Source: Candidatus Marinacidobacterales bacterium (GTDB lineage: Bacteria; Acidobacteriota; Vicinamibacteria; Marinacidobacterales; DATDRI01). From it: DNA of 64,000 nucleotides. The first letter of the stretch is position 1; each line of letters starts with the position of its first letter. Position numbers and translations under genes: made by a program. The stretch is from positions 864,001-928,000 of the forward strand of contig CBDCNP010000002.1 in assembly GCA_965219415.1 (NCBI GenBank). Direction: 5' to 3'. The notes beneath the pieces were generated by a model, which was not told the DNA's origin, did no database searches, and saw only the letters and a list, made by a program, of their open reading frames with translations. Shown here piece after piece: positions 42,419 through 52,914 of this stretch.

Positions 42419-43145
42419 TCGTTTTTGTCGGACTTATCCGAACTTCCCCTGAGCTCGATGACGAGTCGCACCAAGGCATCGGCGGCCAGTCCCAAGCCGA
42501 ACCGAGTGAGTGTCTCCTTGGCGCCGCGATCTTCGCCCGCGTGCCAGAGGTTCGCCAGGCCAGAGGCGGCCGCGAGCCCGCCAAGGTTCGACACGTTCAT
42601 CGTCACGCCGCCGCTACCAGAGCGTACGCCGACACTCGAAGCCACGGCATGGCCCGCGCGTTTCCAGAAACCGCCATGCGATAGAGGTTGATGGCGCGGA
42701 TCCTGATTCAAGAGGCTCGCGAGCGCGAACGTGCCCCACCAGGTCTTTGGAGGCCCAGAACGCCGTGTGGCTTCCGAATCTCTTGAGGTAGCCATCGAAG
42801 CCGTTTCCATAGCCGCGCTGCAACGGCGAGTCTGTGGCTTGAGAAAGACCTGCAGTGACAGCGGTCCCCACGAGCCTTTCTTTCGAAAAGATCCGCTGCT
42901 GTGCCAAATGGAGCTTGTCACTGGAGTCGAATGGCTGCGGTGCTTGGACTGTCGAGTCATCATCCGCGTGGGGCTCCGATGGTTCGAAAACGAACAACGA
43001 CCGATCGGGCAGGGTGAAGGACCACCCAGCGGGTTCGGCCGCCCCAACCGGCTGGGACATCAGGAACATCGACGTGACCAGGAGAACCGAGTACGAGAAC
43101 GCGGGTCTGGAGCATCCGCTGTTTCGATCGACGGCTGAACATCAT
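42415..43145 (-). pseudogene. Secreted hypothetical protein (Acidobacteria-type GYGNG..YLKRFG..QDPR family), frameshifted
   Basis: Signal-like N-terminus; product assembled from overlapping ORFs 42614-43069 and 42415-43047. Confidence 0.55.
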
Positions 43146-43343
43146 GTGTAACCCTCCTTTGTCCATCTCCACTCGTGGAAAACGGCGCCACCTCGACGGC
43201 GCCTCTCGAGAAAAAGAACAGCGGCTCCGGCGAGAAAGTTCCCGACTCGCGCAACAGAATCGACCAAATTGTGAGTCGTTTCTGCGACGGTTCGCTCGAT
43301 TCTCGGACGGTGCGGGTTTCGAAGTTCTAGGCCTAACGCCATA

Positions 43344-43945
43344 ATGGCCGCCGCAGACGGCTCACTCATGAACAGCTCGGACGATCGGCGATCGCAGTTT
43401 GAGGCGGAGGCGCTCCCTCACATGAGGGCGGTTCACGCGGCGGCCTTCCGTTTGAGCGTCGATGCAGACGTGGCGAAAGACTTGACCCAGGAAGCCTACT
43501 TACGCGCCTACCGTACGTTCGATAACTTCGAGCAGGGAACTAATTGCAGGGCCTGGTTGTTAAAGATCGTGTACACGGTTTTTGTGAATCGCTACCACAA
43601 GAATCGCCGCGAGCTCAACAAGTGTCCCTGGACGAGCGCTTTCATCATGCAGTGGCGAGTGGAACCGGGACCGAGCACGTCGAGTTGGAGAGCACGCGGG
43701 CTAGGCTTGTAGGCGCGAGCCCCGACGTGGATGACGCGCTAGCCGCGCTTCCCGAAGCGTTTCGAAGCACCATCGTGCTCGTCGACATCGAAGGGTTGTC
43801 CTATGAGGAGGCGGCGTCGGTTCTCGACGTTCCCGTGGGGACCGTCCGCTCGCGCCTCTATCGAGCGCGAAAAACGTTGTATGTGTCTCTATTGGAATTT
43901 GCCCGCGATCGCGGTTACTTAGACGAACGGTTTACAAAGGGATGA
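43344..43945 (+). pseudogene. ECF sigma-70 factor, frameshift near 43615
   Basis: Region 2 AKDLTQEAYLRAY..GTNCRAWL; region 4 GLSYEEAASVLDVPVGTVRSRLYRAR. Confidence 0.9.
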
Positions 43946-44745
43946 ACGCGACAGAGCACGACGGCGAGAAACTCCAGGCCCTCCTCGATGGGCGTCTATC
44001 GGCGGACGAGCGCGCGCGTGTCGACGCACATGTCCAGGCTTGCTCGACCTGCCAGAAGGAACTGCGAGCGTTGAAATGGGTCAAGTCTGTCGCCGCTGGC
44101 GCCCCAGAAATCCCTTTGCCGAGCGAGCTTCCCGAAACGCTGAGACGCGCGCTCGACCTCGAGGACCGTCGCGATCCAGCCGCAGAAACGAGCCTGGGCG
44201 GTCTCAAACTGTGGGCCGTCGGTTGGCGTCTGGCGGCATCTGTGGTCGTTGCGCTGGGCGCGGTCGTCACGACCGTCATCATGCTTGCCAAACTGGACGC
44301 CCCCGAATTGGCGGCAAGCGACTTCCTAGCGGTCCAATCGGGAGAGTTGGAACTTCAAATGAGAACGGTCGACGGTCCGCAACTCGAGCGCTTCTTCGGA
44401 GAGCGCAACATCTCTTTTCCGACGCGCGTGTTCGACCTGGCGATGATGAACTATCACGTGACGGGCGGTCGCGTACACGCTATGGCCGGGGGCCCGAGCG
44501 CGCTCTTTGCTTACGAGGGCGAAACTGGAACGCTCGTGGTCTGCCAGATGTACGAGGGACATGTGGAAGGGCTTCCGGAGGGCGCAGAGCTCCACGTCCA
44601 CGAGGACATTCGTTTCTACGTTTTTCGAGAGGAAGCACTCACCGTGGTCTTCTGGCAGGAAGGCGACGTCACGTGCGTCATGACTTCGGATATCGACTCA
44701 GAGGCATTGATTCAGCTCGCTTTCGCAAAAGCCATCAAGGTCTGA
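43942..44745 (+). CDS. Zinc-finger (zf-HC2) anti-sigma factor
   Basis: H..LLDGRL..HVQACSTC, single TM, periplasmic domain; ATGA overlap with the sigma gene. Confidence 0.88.
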   Translation: MNATEHDGEKLQALLDGRLSADERARVDAHVQACSTCQKELRALKWVKSVAAGAPEIPLPSELPETLRRALDLEDRRDPAAETSLGGLKLWAVGWRLAASVVVALGAVVTTVIMLAKLDAPELAASDFLAVQSGELELQMRTVDGPQLERFFGERNISFPTRVFDLAMMNYHVTGGRVHAMAGGPSALFAYEGETGTLVVCQMYEGHVEGLPEGAELHVHEDIRFYVFREEALTVVFWQEGDVTCVMTSDIDSEALIQLAFAKAIKV

Positions 44746-44829
44746 GAGGCGTCGCGAGACGGCCCAAGGCGGAAATCGCGGCGTTCCCTTTCTAGGGAGC
44801 GCTCGCAGCTTATCGCGCGTAGGGATCCT

Positions 44830-44991
44830 GTTCGGCCCTTCACCGCTGTACGCGGCGGCTACTATGGCCTCGGCTGATTTCTGCCCATCCTTCGCCACGC
44901 CTCTCAGCTTCGCTAGCCCTTGCGGCGCACCTCCTAGTCACTTCCCGCTTCGCTTTCGCTCCGCGCTTGACAGCGCCAGGCCCTGGCGCAC
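44830..44991 (-). mobile_element. Group IIC intron 5' remnant (no RT ORF, no domain V seen)
   Basis: Starts GTGCGCCAGGGCCTGGCGC right after a terminator U-tract; contains GCAGAAATCAGCCGAGGCCATAGTA..GAAGGGCCGAAC, the class C DII/DIII signature. Confidence 0.8.
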
Positions 44992-45023
44992 AAAACAAAG
45001 AGGCGGGCATTCCTGCCCGCCTC
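44992..45023 (-). terminator. Rho-independent terminator of the 45051-45368 gene
   Basis: GAGGCGGGCA-GGAA-TGCCCGCCTC followed by TTTGTTTT. Confidence 0.88.
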
Positions 45024-45050
45024 GAGCAAGAAAATACGGCCTGCCAGTCT

Positions 45051-45368
45051 CTAGTCCTTTGTCACCTCGAACAGCGATTTCAGGGCCACCACCAGAACCG
45101 CGGGAGAAATAAACGTGACCATATTCGCAAGGATGCGGGTTAGGCCTCCACCCACGTATGGAAGCGAGTGAATCGCGGAAGCCGAGAGAATGAGGCCGAT
45201 TGCCGCGAGGAGAAAGCCCCGGGTCTCTTTCGAAGTGACGTTCAAGAACCCAACGACGAGGCCGAGAATTGCCAGGGCCCAAACCACCCAGGTTGCCTCG
45301 AAACCGAGGCCGGCTATCACGGCAAGGGCGAGACCGGCAATGAATGCATACTTTCCTGCTTGATCCAT
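45051..45368 (-). CDS. Small 4-TM hypothetical membrane protein
   Basis: 105-aa hydrophobic ORF, RBS AGGAGG, terminator downstream. Confidence 0.8.
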   Translation of the reverse strand: MDQAGKYAFIAGLALAVIAGLGFEATWVVWALAILGLVVGFLNVTSKETRGFLLAAIGLILSASAIHSLPYVGGGLTRILANMVTFISPAVLVVALKSLFEVTKD

Positions 45369-45531
45369 GGTATGACTCCCTCCTTTTGGTAATGAAGCAA
45401 CGATAAAATAACCGAGAGATGGTATGATTTTTGACTATTCCAAGGCCGACCAGGCGTCCGAGGAATCCCTCCCGGTTGCGGGAGTTCTATCAGTCTCCGG
45501 CCGGCCTGGCAAGTCCGCCGAGTCGTAGCTC

Positions 45532-46434
45532 ATGAGTCTCCTCGATCGCCTCATCGCTTCTTCCCTGCCCTTCGTCCCGAAACCGATAGTGGGGCATTTC
45601 GCTCGTTCTTACATCGCGGGTGAAACACTCGAAGACCAGGTACGCGTAGTTCGCTCCTTGAACAGCGAGGGCTTCATGGCGGCGAGCGGCATACTGGGTG
45701 AGTTCGTGGAGCACCGCGAAGAAGCGGAAGCTGCTGTCAAGGACTACGAGAGTGCTCTGATCCGGATCGGCCAAGACAAGCTGGATAGCAATATCCACGT
45801 CAAGCCGACTCACCTCGGGCTCAAGATCGACAAAGAGTTCTGCTACCAGAATATCCGCAGCCTGGTCGCCTTGGCGCGTGAGCACTCGAACTTCGTCCGC
45901 ATCGATATGGAGGACTCGGGCTGCACCGACGAAACGCTCGAGATCTTCCTCCGGCTCCGCGAGGAGTTCGACAACGTGGGGGCAGTCCTTCAAGCCTACA
46001 TGAGACGCAGCCTGGTGGATGCGCGGCGGCTCGCCAAAGTGAAGGCCAATGTTCGTGTCTGCAAGGGCATCTACATCGAGCCGCACGAGATCGCGTATCA
46101 AGACAAGGAGCTGGTGCGGTCGAACTTCACGTACCTGCTGGAGGAGCTCTTGGGTGCGGGCTGCTACGTCGGTATCGCTACTCACGACGAGAGGATGGTC
46201 TGGGAAGGCTTCCGCATCGTCGACCGTCTCGGCCTCGATACTTCACAGTACGAGTTTCAAATGTTGCTCGGAGTAGAAGCACCCTTGCGCCGGATCATTC
46301 GGGATGCGGGACACCGGCTTCGGGTGGCGGTCCCGTTCGGCCCGGCGTGGTATCCGTACTCTCTGAGGCGATTTCGAGAGAACCCGACCATCGCCGGCTA
46401 CGTCTTCAAGGCCCTGCTAAGCAGGTCCAAGTAA
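45532..46434 (+). CDS. putB: Monofunctional proline dehydrogenase
   Basis: YIAGETL, VKPTHLG, VRIDMED, VLQAY, VRVCKGIY, IATHDE, YEFQMLLGV, YSLRRFRENP. Confidence 0.92.
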   Translation: MSLLDRLIASSLPFVPKPIVGHFARSYIAGETLEDQVRVVRSLNSEGFMAASGILGEFVEHREEAEAAVKDYESALIRIGQDKLDSNIHVKPTHLGLKIDKEFCYQNIRSLVALAREHSNFVRIDMEDSGCTDETLEIFLRLREEFDNVGAVLQAYMRRSLVDARRLAKVKANVRVCKGIYIEPHEIAYQDKELVRSNFTYLLEELLGAGCYVGIATHDERMVWEGFRIVDRLGLDTSQYEFQMLLGVEAPLRRIIRDAGHRLRVAVPFGPAWYPYSLRRFRENPTIAGYVFKALLSRSK

Positions 46435-46437
46435 GGC

Positions 46438-49400
46438 CTACTTGCAGGGGAGGAACCGGACCGTAGTCTCCATCTCCTCAAGCACGTGTGCCAACGCCGA
46501 TATCGTCTGGTCGATGTCTTCTTCCTTCGCGCCGTGAGATAAAGACAGCCTTACCGCGCAGTGCGCCTCCTCCTCGGTTCGTCCCATTGCCATCAGCACA
46601 TGAGTCGGTTTGGGAGAGCCCGATTTGCATGCGGAGCCCGATGATAACGAGATCCCGTGTTGGTCGAGCGCCACCACCAGCGATTCACCGCGTAACCCCG
46701 GCAGGGTCAAGTTGAGAGTGTTGGGAAGCCGGTTGTCGGTAGGGCCGTTCAGTCGAGCCTTCGGCACTAGTCTTCTGATACCTGCCTCCAGTTTATCTCT
46801 CAGAACCGTGAGGTTGTCGCCGTCCTTGACGGCCTGAAGGGCGAGCTCCGCTGCCTTGCCCAATCCCACGATCGCCGGCACGTTCTCGGTCCCCGCCCGG
46901 ATACCATTCTCCTGCTTGCCACCGTGGATGAGCGGCTCGAGGCGGACGCCGGTCTTGACGTAGAGCACACCAATACCCTTGGGCCCATGGAACTTGTGAC
47001 CCGACAGGCTGAGCATGTCCACGTCGAGATCCTCCACATCGACCTTGATCTTTCCGACCGCCTGAACAGCGTCGGTGTGGAACAAAACGCCCCGCTCGTG
47101 CGCGATGGCACACAACTCTTTGATCGGAAGAATCGTCCCCACCTCGTTGTTGGCCATCATGATGGAGACGAGAACGGTGTCGTCTCGGATGGCTTCCTTC
47201 AGTTCCTCAGGAGCCAGCCAGCCGTCTTCGTCAACGTTCAGGTACGTGACTTCGTAGCCGAGTCTCTCCAAGAAGCTACCGGCCCCCAGAATGGCAGGAT
47301 GCTCGATCGAGGTGGTCACGATGTGCTTGCCCTTGTCCTGATGCGCGAAGGCAACGCCCTTGAACGCCAGGTTGTCCGCTTCCGATCCCCCGCCGGTGAA
47401 TATGATCCTCCGCGGCCGGGTGTTGATGAGCTTGGCCACTTGACGGCGTGCATTATCGACCGCTTCCCGGGCATCCCGACCCACCCCGTGGATGCTCGAA
47501 GGGTTGCCAAGGACCGCCTCCAAGAAAGGAAGCATGGCTTCGCGCACTTCATCGGCGACCCGGGTGGTCGCGTTATTGTCGAGATAGATTCTCTTCTGCG
47601 GTTTCTTCCTTTCTTGGGGCGAAAAGAGTTGCGGTTCGCAAACGCTTCCCGAGCGCACCGCGGTGCGTCGCGTCGCCTCGGTACCCTCTTCGGTTCGAAC
47701 CACCTCACAAAGAAGCGCTTTATAGACCGGAAACCCGGAGATCTCGTCATAGTTTGTTAGGTCCGTCAGCTCGTTGACGTTCCACTCCTGCCATGCCTTG
47801 GGACCCACTGGTCCGCCGCCGCCCATGTTGCACTCGACGGCGCCCTTCACGATGTCTTGGGTGACCCGAGCCCGGAACGGAACGGCCCCTCGAGGGGTTC
47901 GCACTTCCACGAGATCGCCGGTCTTGATGCCCCGCTCCTCCGCATCCTCGAGGTTGATTTCCACGGTGGGCTCGGGGTTGTCCTTTGCCAATCCGTCGAC
48001 CCCATGGTGCTGGGAGCGAAAATCGGTATGAGGGCGGGCACCAGAGTTGAAAACGAGGGGGAAGCTCGCTGCCACATCGGGACTGGCCAGCGGTCCTTCC
48101 TTCGGCTCGACGTACTTTGGTAGCGGTTCGTACCCGTAGTCCTCGAGGACCGTGGACCAGATCTCGAACTTACCTGTCGGAGTATCGAAACCCGGCTTCC
48201 CGTCGTTTCGAAGAGCCCCTTTCTCCCATTTCTTGTACTCCACCATCGCGGTGGGGATCTTGACCGACCCCCCCTTGGCCTTGACCTCCTCGAGAGTATG
48301 ACCCGACCCTTCGAGGGCGAGGCGGATCATCTCCTCTTCGGTCTGAGGGTAGAGATGCCCGTAGCCTAGCCGCTCAGCCAGCTCCGCCATGATCAGATAG
48401 TCGTTGCGAGATTCCCCGACGGGGTCGATCACTTTCTCTCTCAGCTTGAAGATGGGACCGTAGGTCATGTAGGAGTCGATCTCGAACATCGTGGTCGCGG
48501 GAAGCACAACATCTGCGTACGCGGAGTCGGCAGTGAGCTGGCGGTCGATGCACGCCACGAAGTCCAGCTTCGAAAGCATCTCCCGCCAGGTCGTCGTCTC
48601 GGGCCAGGAAGTCAGGAGCGACGCGCCATGAATAAGTAGACCTCGAATGCGATAAGGCTCTCCCTTCAAAACGGCGTCCAAAAGCCCGCTGGCGTGGGAC
48701 TCCTCGCGATAATGTGTGTAGATGGGAAACTTATCCCGTGCCACCGCCAGATCGGTGTCCGGGTTTTCTTGATTCGCAGACCGGTTGATGGGGAAATGGC
48801 TATCGAGCATGCCGAGCCCGATGCCACCGGGAACATCTAGTTGACCGGCCAGGGCGAACAATGTGTGTACTGCACGAATCGCCTGGATTCCAGTGTTGGA
48901 ATACTCGAGTCCGGTGTACATCACCGGGCAGGCCCCCGTCGCGTAATTCAGTCGTCGCGCCAGCTCCCGGATCGTCTCCGCCGGAACGCCGGTGATGGAT
49001 TCTGCGACCTCGGGACGGAAGTGCTGTACGTAGGTCTTCAGCTCTTCGAACCCGTGACACCAATTCTCGGCGAAATCCTCGTCGTAGAGTTCCTCGTCGA
49101 TCATGACCTCGATCATGCTAAGAGCCAGAGCGCCGTCGGTACCAGGGCGGATCGGAATCCACCTGGCGTTGGTACGCGTTGCGGTCTCGGTGTTGCGCGG
49201 ATCGATGACCACGATCTCTGCCCCACGCTTCGCCGCGGCTTCCAGTCGGTGCATGTCGAGGGGAGGAGAATCGGTAGCCGGGTTAGCCCCACACACGATC
49301 AACATCTCGGCATTTTCCATGTCGGTAAACATGTTGACGAGCATGCGTCCCATGGTGACGTGAGGAGCGATAATGGCGAAGGACACGTAGCAGAGTGCTC

Positions 49401-49878
49401 CGACTCCCATCGTGTTCGGGGAACCGAAGGGGAACAAAACACTGGAGGCGGAGGACACACCAACCCCTTTGGGTTGGAACGTGTCGCAAAGGGATAATTC
49501 GAATGAGCCGCGACCGGTGTAGACTGCGACCGCCTCTGGGCCTGATTCTTCTTTGATCTGGGTTAGGTTCTTGGTGATGAGGTCGTAGGCTTCGTCCCAG
49601 GTGATGCGCTCGAACTCATGGCTGCCCTTGGGGCCTACGCGCCGCATGGGGTATTTGAGGCGGTTTTCGGAGTAGATGATCTCGGGAGAATGCTGACCCC
49701 GACGACAAATCATTCCGAGGGGATGGGAGGCGTCCTGCTTGATATTCACCAACTTCCCGTCGTCTAGACCCACTTCCACCCAGCAGCCGGCTGGACAGAT
49801 TCCGCAGATGGCGCTTTTCCACTTAAGCTCCTTCTTCTGTTGTTCGATTGGATCTAGGACGGTTTCACTTTGACTCAT
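46438..49878 (-). CDS. Fusion: bis-MGD molybdopterin oxidoreductase + IscS/NifS cysteine desulfurase
   Basis: CGICPAGC..C Fe4S4 motif, GALCY, IRPGTDGAL, ADVVLPA, RSQHH; then YLDNNATT, FTGGGSEADN, HTDAVQ, SGHKFHGPKG, SSGSAC in one uninterrupted ORF. Confidence 0.92.
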   Translation of the reverse strand: MSQSETVLDPIEQQKKELKWKSAICGICPAGCWVEVGLDDGKLVNIKQDASHPLGMICRRGQHSPEIIYSENRLKYPMRRVGPKGSHEFERITWDEAYDLITKNLTQIKEESGPEAVAVYTGRGSFELSLCDTFQPKGVGVSSASSVLFPFGSPNTMGVGALCYVSFAIIAPHVTMGRMLVNMFTDMENAEMLIVCGANPATDSPPLDMHRLEAAAKRGAEIVVIDPRNTETATRTNARWIPIRPGTDGALALSMIEVMIDEELYDEDFAENWCHGFEELKTYVQHFRPEVAESITGVPAETIRELARRLNYATGACPVMYTGLEYSNTGIQAIRAVHTLFALAGQLDVPGGIGLGMLDSHFPINRSANQENPDTDLAVARDKFPIYTHYREESHASGLLDAVLKGEPYRIRGLLIHGASLLTSWPETTTWREMLSKLDFVACIDRQLTADSAYADVVLPATTMFEIDSYMTYGPIFKLREKVIDPVGESRNDYLIMAELAERLGYGHLYPQTEEEMIRLALEGSGHTLEEVKAKGGSVKIPTAMVEYKKWEKGALRNDGKPGFDTPTGKFEIWSTVLEDYGYEPLPKYVEPKEGPLASPDVAASFPLVFNSGARPHTDFRSQHHGVDGLAKDNPEPTVEINLEDAEERGIKTGDLVEVRTPRGAVPFRARVTQDIVKGAVECNMGGGGPVGPKAWQEWNVNELTDLTNYDEISGFPVYKALLCEVVRTEEGTEATRRTAVRSGSVCEPQLFSPQERKKPQKRIYLDNNATTRVADEVREAMLPFLEAVLGNPSSIHGVGRDAREAVDNARRQVAKLINTRPRRIIFTGGGSEADNLAFKGVAFAHQDKGKHIVTTSIEHPAILGAGSFLERLGYEVTYLNVDEDGWLAPEELKEAIRDDTVLVSIMMANNEVGTILPIKELCAIAHERGVLFHTDAVQAVGKIKVDVEDLDVDMLSLSGHKFHGPKGIGVLYVKTGVRLEPLIHGGKQENGIRAGTENVPAIVGLGKAAELALQAVKDGDNLTVLRDKLEAGIRRLVPKARLNGPTDNRLPNTLNLTLPGLRGESLVVALDQHGISLSSGSACKSGSPKPTHVLMAMGRTEEEAHCAVRLSLSHGAKEEDIDQTISALAHVLEEMETTVRFLPCK

Positions 49879-50075
49879 GGAAATCCCCTCGATGCGACGG
49901 CGAGGCCGCCGCACGGCCGCTTGTTTCTTCGATTAGGTAAATTCAATGTCTCGTTTTCGTACCGCGAAAATTCAAAGCCGTCTAACCTAGGCGATCGTAA
50001 TTGGAAACGATGAGCGACGCAAGTGGGTTGAGTGACTCGCACTCATATTCAATTTCGGCGATACTTCAGCCGATC

Positions 50076-52869
50076 TCACTTGTCATACCAGTGATCTTGC
50101 AGGATGACGGCCTCCCCGCGCAGCACCGTACCATCAACCCATAGCTCGACGGTGTATTCGCCCGGCGCCACGCGGAAATACGCGTAGTCGCGCTCGGTGA
50201 TACCGGCCTCGGCGTGAACACGCGTTTGGAGCGATCGTCCCCACTTGTCCACCTCTTCATCGGGAGCGCCGTAAAAATCCACCGTGTCGTAGTAGTCGAA
50301 GAACTCTTCCTCGTCTGCGGATTCCTTGTCCCATTCTTCCCAGCGCTCGATTTCCTTCGAGGTCCGTTTCCCTTCGCTTCGTCATACCCCACTCGACACT
50401 GTTGAGCCCGGCCGCCCCGGAGCCCTTTATCTCATTTATCAGCCGCGTCCCGTCGTAGATCCGGATCGACACGCCATCCGGGCGTTCTCCCTTCGAGTAG
50501 TAATTAACAACCACTCCGTGTGGCTGGTTTTCGCCCTCGAAATTCTGCGCACTCACCGCTGGCTGGCTGGGCATGACCCATTGCACCTGGGGCTCGATCT
50601 CGAACAGGTGTACGTCTGAGGCCAATAGCTCTTGGGTGAGCTCCTGCAAGGGAGAGATGTCGGTAATGTAGAATCCCCGGCCGTGAGTGCCCACCACGAG
50701 ATCGTTCTCTCGCGGGTGTATGACGAGGTCATGAACCGCGACGGTGGGTATGTTATTTTTCATCCGCACCCAATTCCCGCCGCCATCCAAGCTCGCATAC
50801 ACGCCCCCATCGGTTCCGACGAAAAGTAAATCGGGATTCTTTCGGTCTTCCTTGATAACGTTGACCGACTGCTGGGGCAGGTTGGAAGCGATCGAAATCC
50901 AGGACTTGCCGAAGTCTGTGGTCTTGTAGACGAATGGCCTAAAGTCATCGCGACGCAGTCCGGTGAAACTCAAGTACGCAGTTCCCACGTCGTGATGAGA
51001 GGCGGTGACTCGGGTCACCCAGTAGCCTGGATTGTCGGGAACATTCCCGTTCAGGTCCGCCCAAGTCTCACCGCCGTCCTTCGAGAGCTGCACGTTCCCA
51101 TCGTCGGTGCCCACCCAGAGAACTCCCTGTTCAATGGGCGATTCGTCGACGGTAGTGATGGTGCCATAGCTCACCGCGCCGACACCTCTGTATTTGCTGG
51201 AGTCGTTCTTGGTTAGATCGGGACTCACTGTCTCCCAACGCTCGCCTCGAAACGGAGACCGCAGCAAGACATTAGCACCCACGTAGAGGACGTCGCTGTT
51301 ATGCGGCGAGATGAGAAGCGGCGTATTCCAATTGAACCGGCGGTCGGAGTCACGGTCACCGAGAACCGTTTTTCGAACTCCGGTCTTCTGATCGATCCGC
51401 TGAATATGTCCGAATTGAGAACCGCTGTAGAGCCACCGGCTGTCTGTTGGGTCTACCTGATTGTAGAACCCATCCCCTCCGTTCATGTGCTCCCAGTCCT
51501 CGAACCGAATCGGAAAACGACCCTTTTTCGTGCTAGGCCCCTTCCAGGAGCCGAAATCCTGCGTTCCGCCGTAGACGTTGTAGGGGTAATCCATATCGAT
51601 CCCAACCGCGTAGAGCTGCGCCATCGAAAGCTCATCGGGGTGGTACCATTGCGCCCCCGCGTCGTGGGTGATCGCCATCCCGTAGTCATAACCCATGATC
51701 ATGTGCCGGGAGTCGGCGGGGTCGATCCACAGGACGTGATTATCCCCTCCGTAGCGAATCGGGAGGGTCCAGGTCTTGCCTCCGTCCGCGGATACATCCA
51801 CCCTCGAGCTCAGCACGTAGAGGTGGTCCTCGTCATTGGGGTCGACGATGATCTGGCCGTAGTAGTTGGACCGGTTGCCGATGCTCTCGCCCTCCTTGCT
51901 GACTCGACGCCACGACTCTCCGGCGTCGTCGGAGCGATAGATCCCATGGCCCACCGTCGGCTTACTGGCTCGCTTTCCATCGAAGAGCTCGCTCCGCCTA
52001 ACGTCATCGGAAACGCCGGGAGAGTTCGCATTATCGATCGTCGCGTAGAGGATACGCGGATTCCTCAAATAGATGTCGATGCCGATCTTCCCGAGCATGC
52101 CGCCGGGCAAGCCGTTTTCGAGCTTTCGCCACGACTTCCCAGCGTCCGTTGATTTGTGGATGCCACTGCCCGGCCCCGCGGTCCTGAAACTCCAAGGCAT
52201 CCGCATTCGGTCATAAGCGACGGCGTAGAGCGTATTCGGATCGTCGGGAGACACGATGACTTCGGTGGCGCCGATGTGCCTTCCTTCTATGACGACTTCG
52301 AGCGATTTGGTCCATGATTTCCCACCGTCCGTTGTCTTATACACGCCTCGCTCGGGATTCTCCGTGTAGAGATGCCCTTGCGCGGCGACGTAAACAATTT
52401 CGGGGTTTTCAGGATGGATAAGAACGCGACCGATGTGGTGAGATTCCAGCAACCCCATGTGCTCCCAGCTCTCGCCACCATCGAGGGACCGGAAGATCCC
52501 CTTGCCATAATAGGTGCTGTTCCGAAGGTTTGCTTCGCCGGTGCCTACCCATACGATGTTGTCGTTCGACGGAGCGACGGCGACATCACCAATCGATGCA
52601 ACGTCCTCGTGGTCGAAGACCGGTTCGAACGTTGTTCCGTTGTTGACGGTCTTCCAGACCCCGGCCGGCCCAGCGGCGACAAGAAACGTTTGCGGGTCCT
52701 GCCGAGACACGGAAACCGCGACTACTCTCCCCCCTTGGCGAGTAGGCCCGATCTCCCGAAAGACGAAATGATTCAAAAGCACGGATGGAGCAGGCAGCGC
52801 AGAAACGTTCGGTAGACCTGGAGCGAAAACGATAACGACGAAAAGTAGGATTATTCTTTGGCTTCGCAT
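50076..52869 (-). pseudogene. Secreted VPS10/BNR-repeat (sortilin-like) glycosyl hydrolase-type protein, frameshift near 50370
   Basis: FREIGP..GGRV, many SxDGGxxW Asp-boxes, GTHGRG; acidic C-terminus and VAPGEYTVEL in another frame. Confidence 0.85.
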
Positions 52870-52895
52870 GGGAACTCCCCTATATACGAAAATTA

Positions 52896-52905
52896 TGATA
52901 TATCA
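52896..52905. promoter_or_regulatory. Palindrome TGATATATCA in a 45-bp divergent promoter region (possible operator)
   Basis: Perfect AT-rich palindrome between divergent starts; cognate regulator unknown. Confidence 0.35.
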
Positions 52906-52914
52906 CACGTCCGA

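Noticed and set aside
37715-48695. Diversity-generating retroelement TR/VR pair
   Set aside because: Differences are not adenine-specific, they are mostly synonymous, and no reverse transcriptase is present
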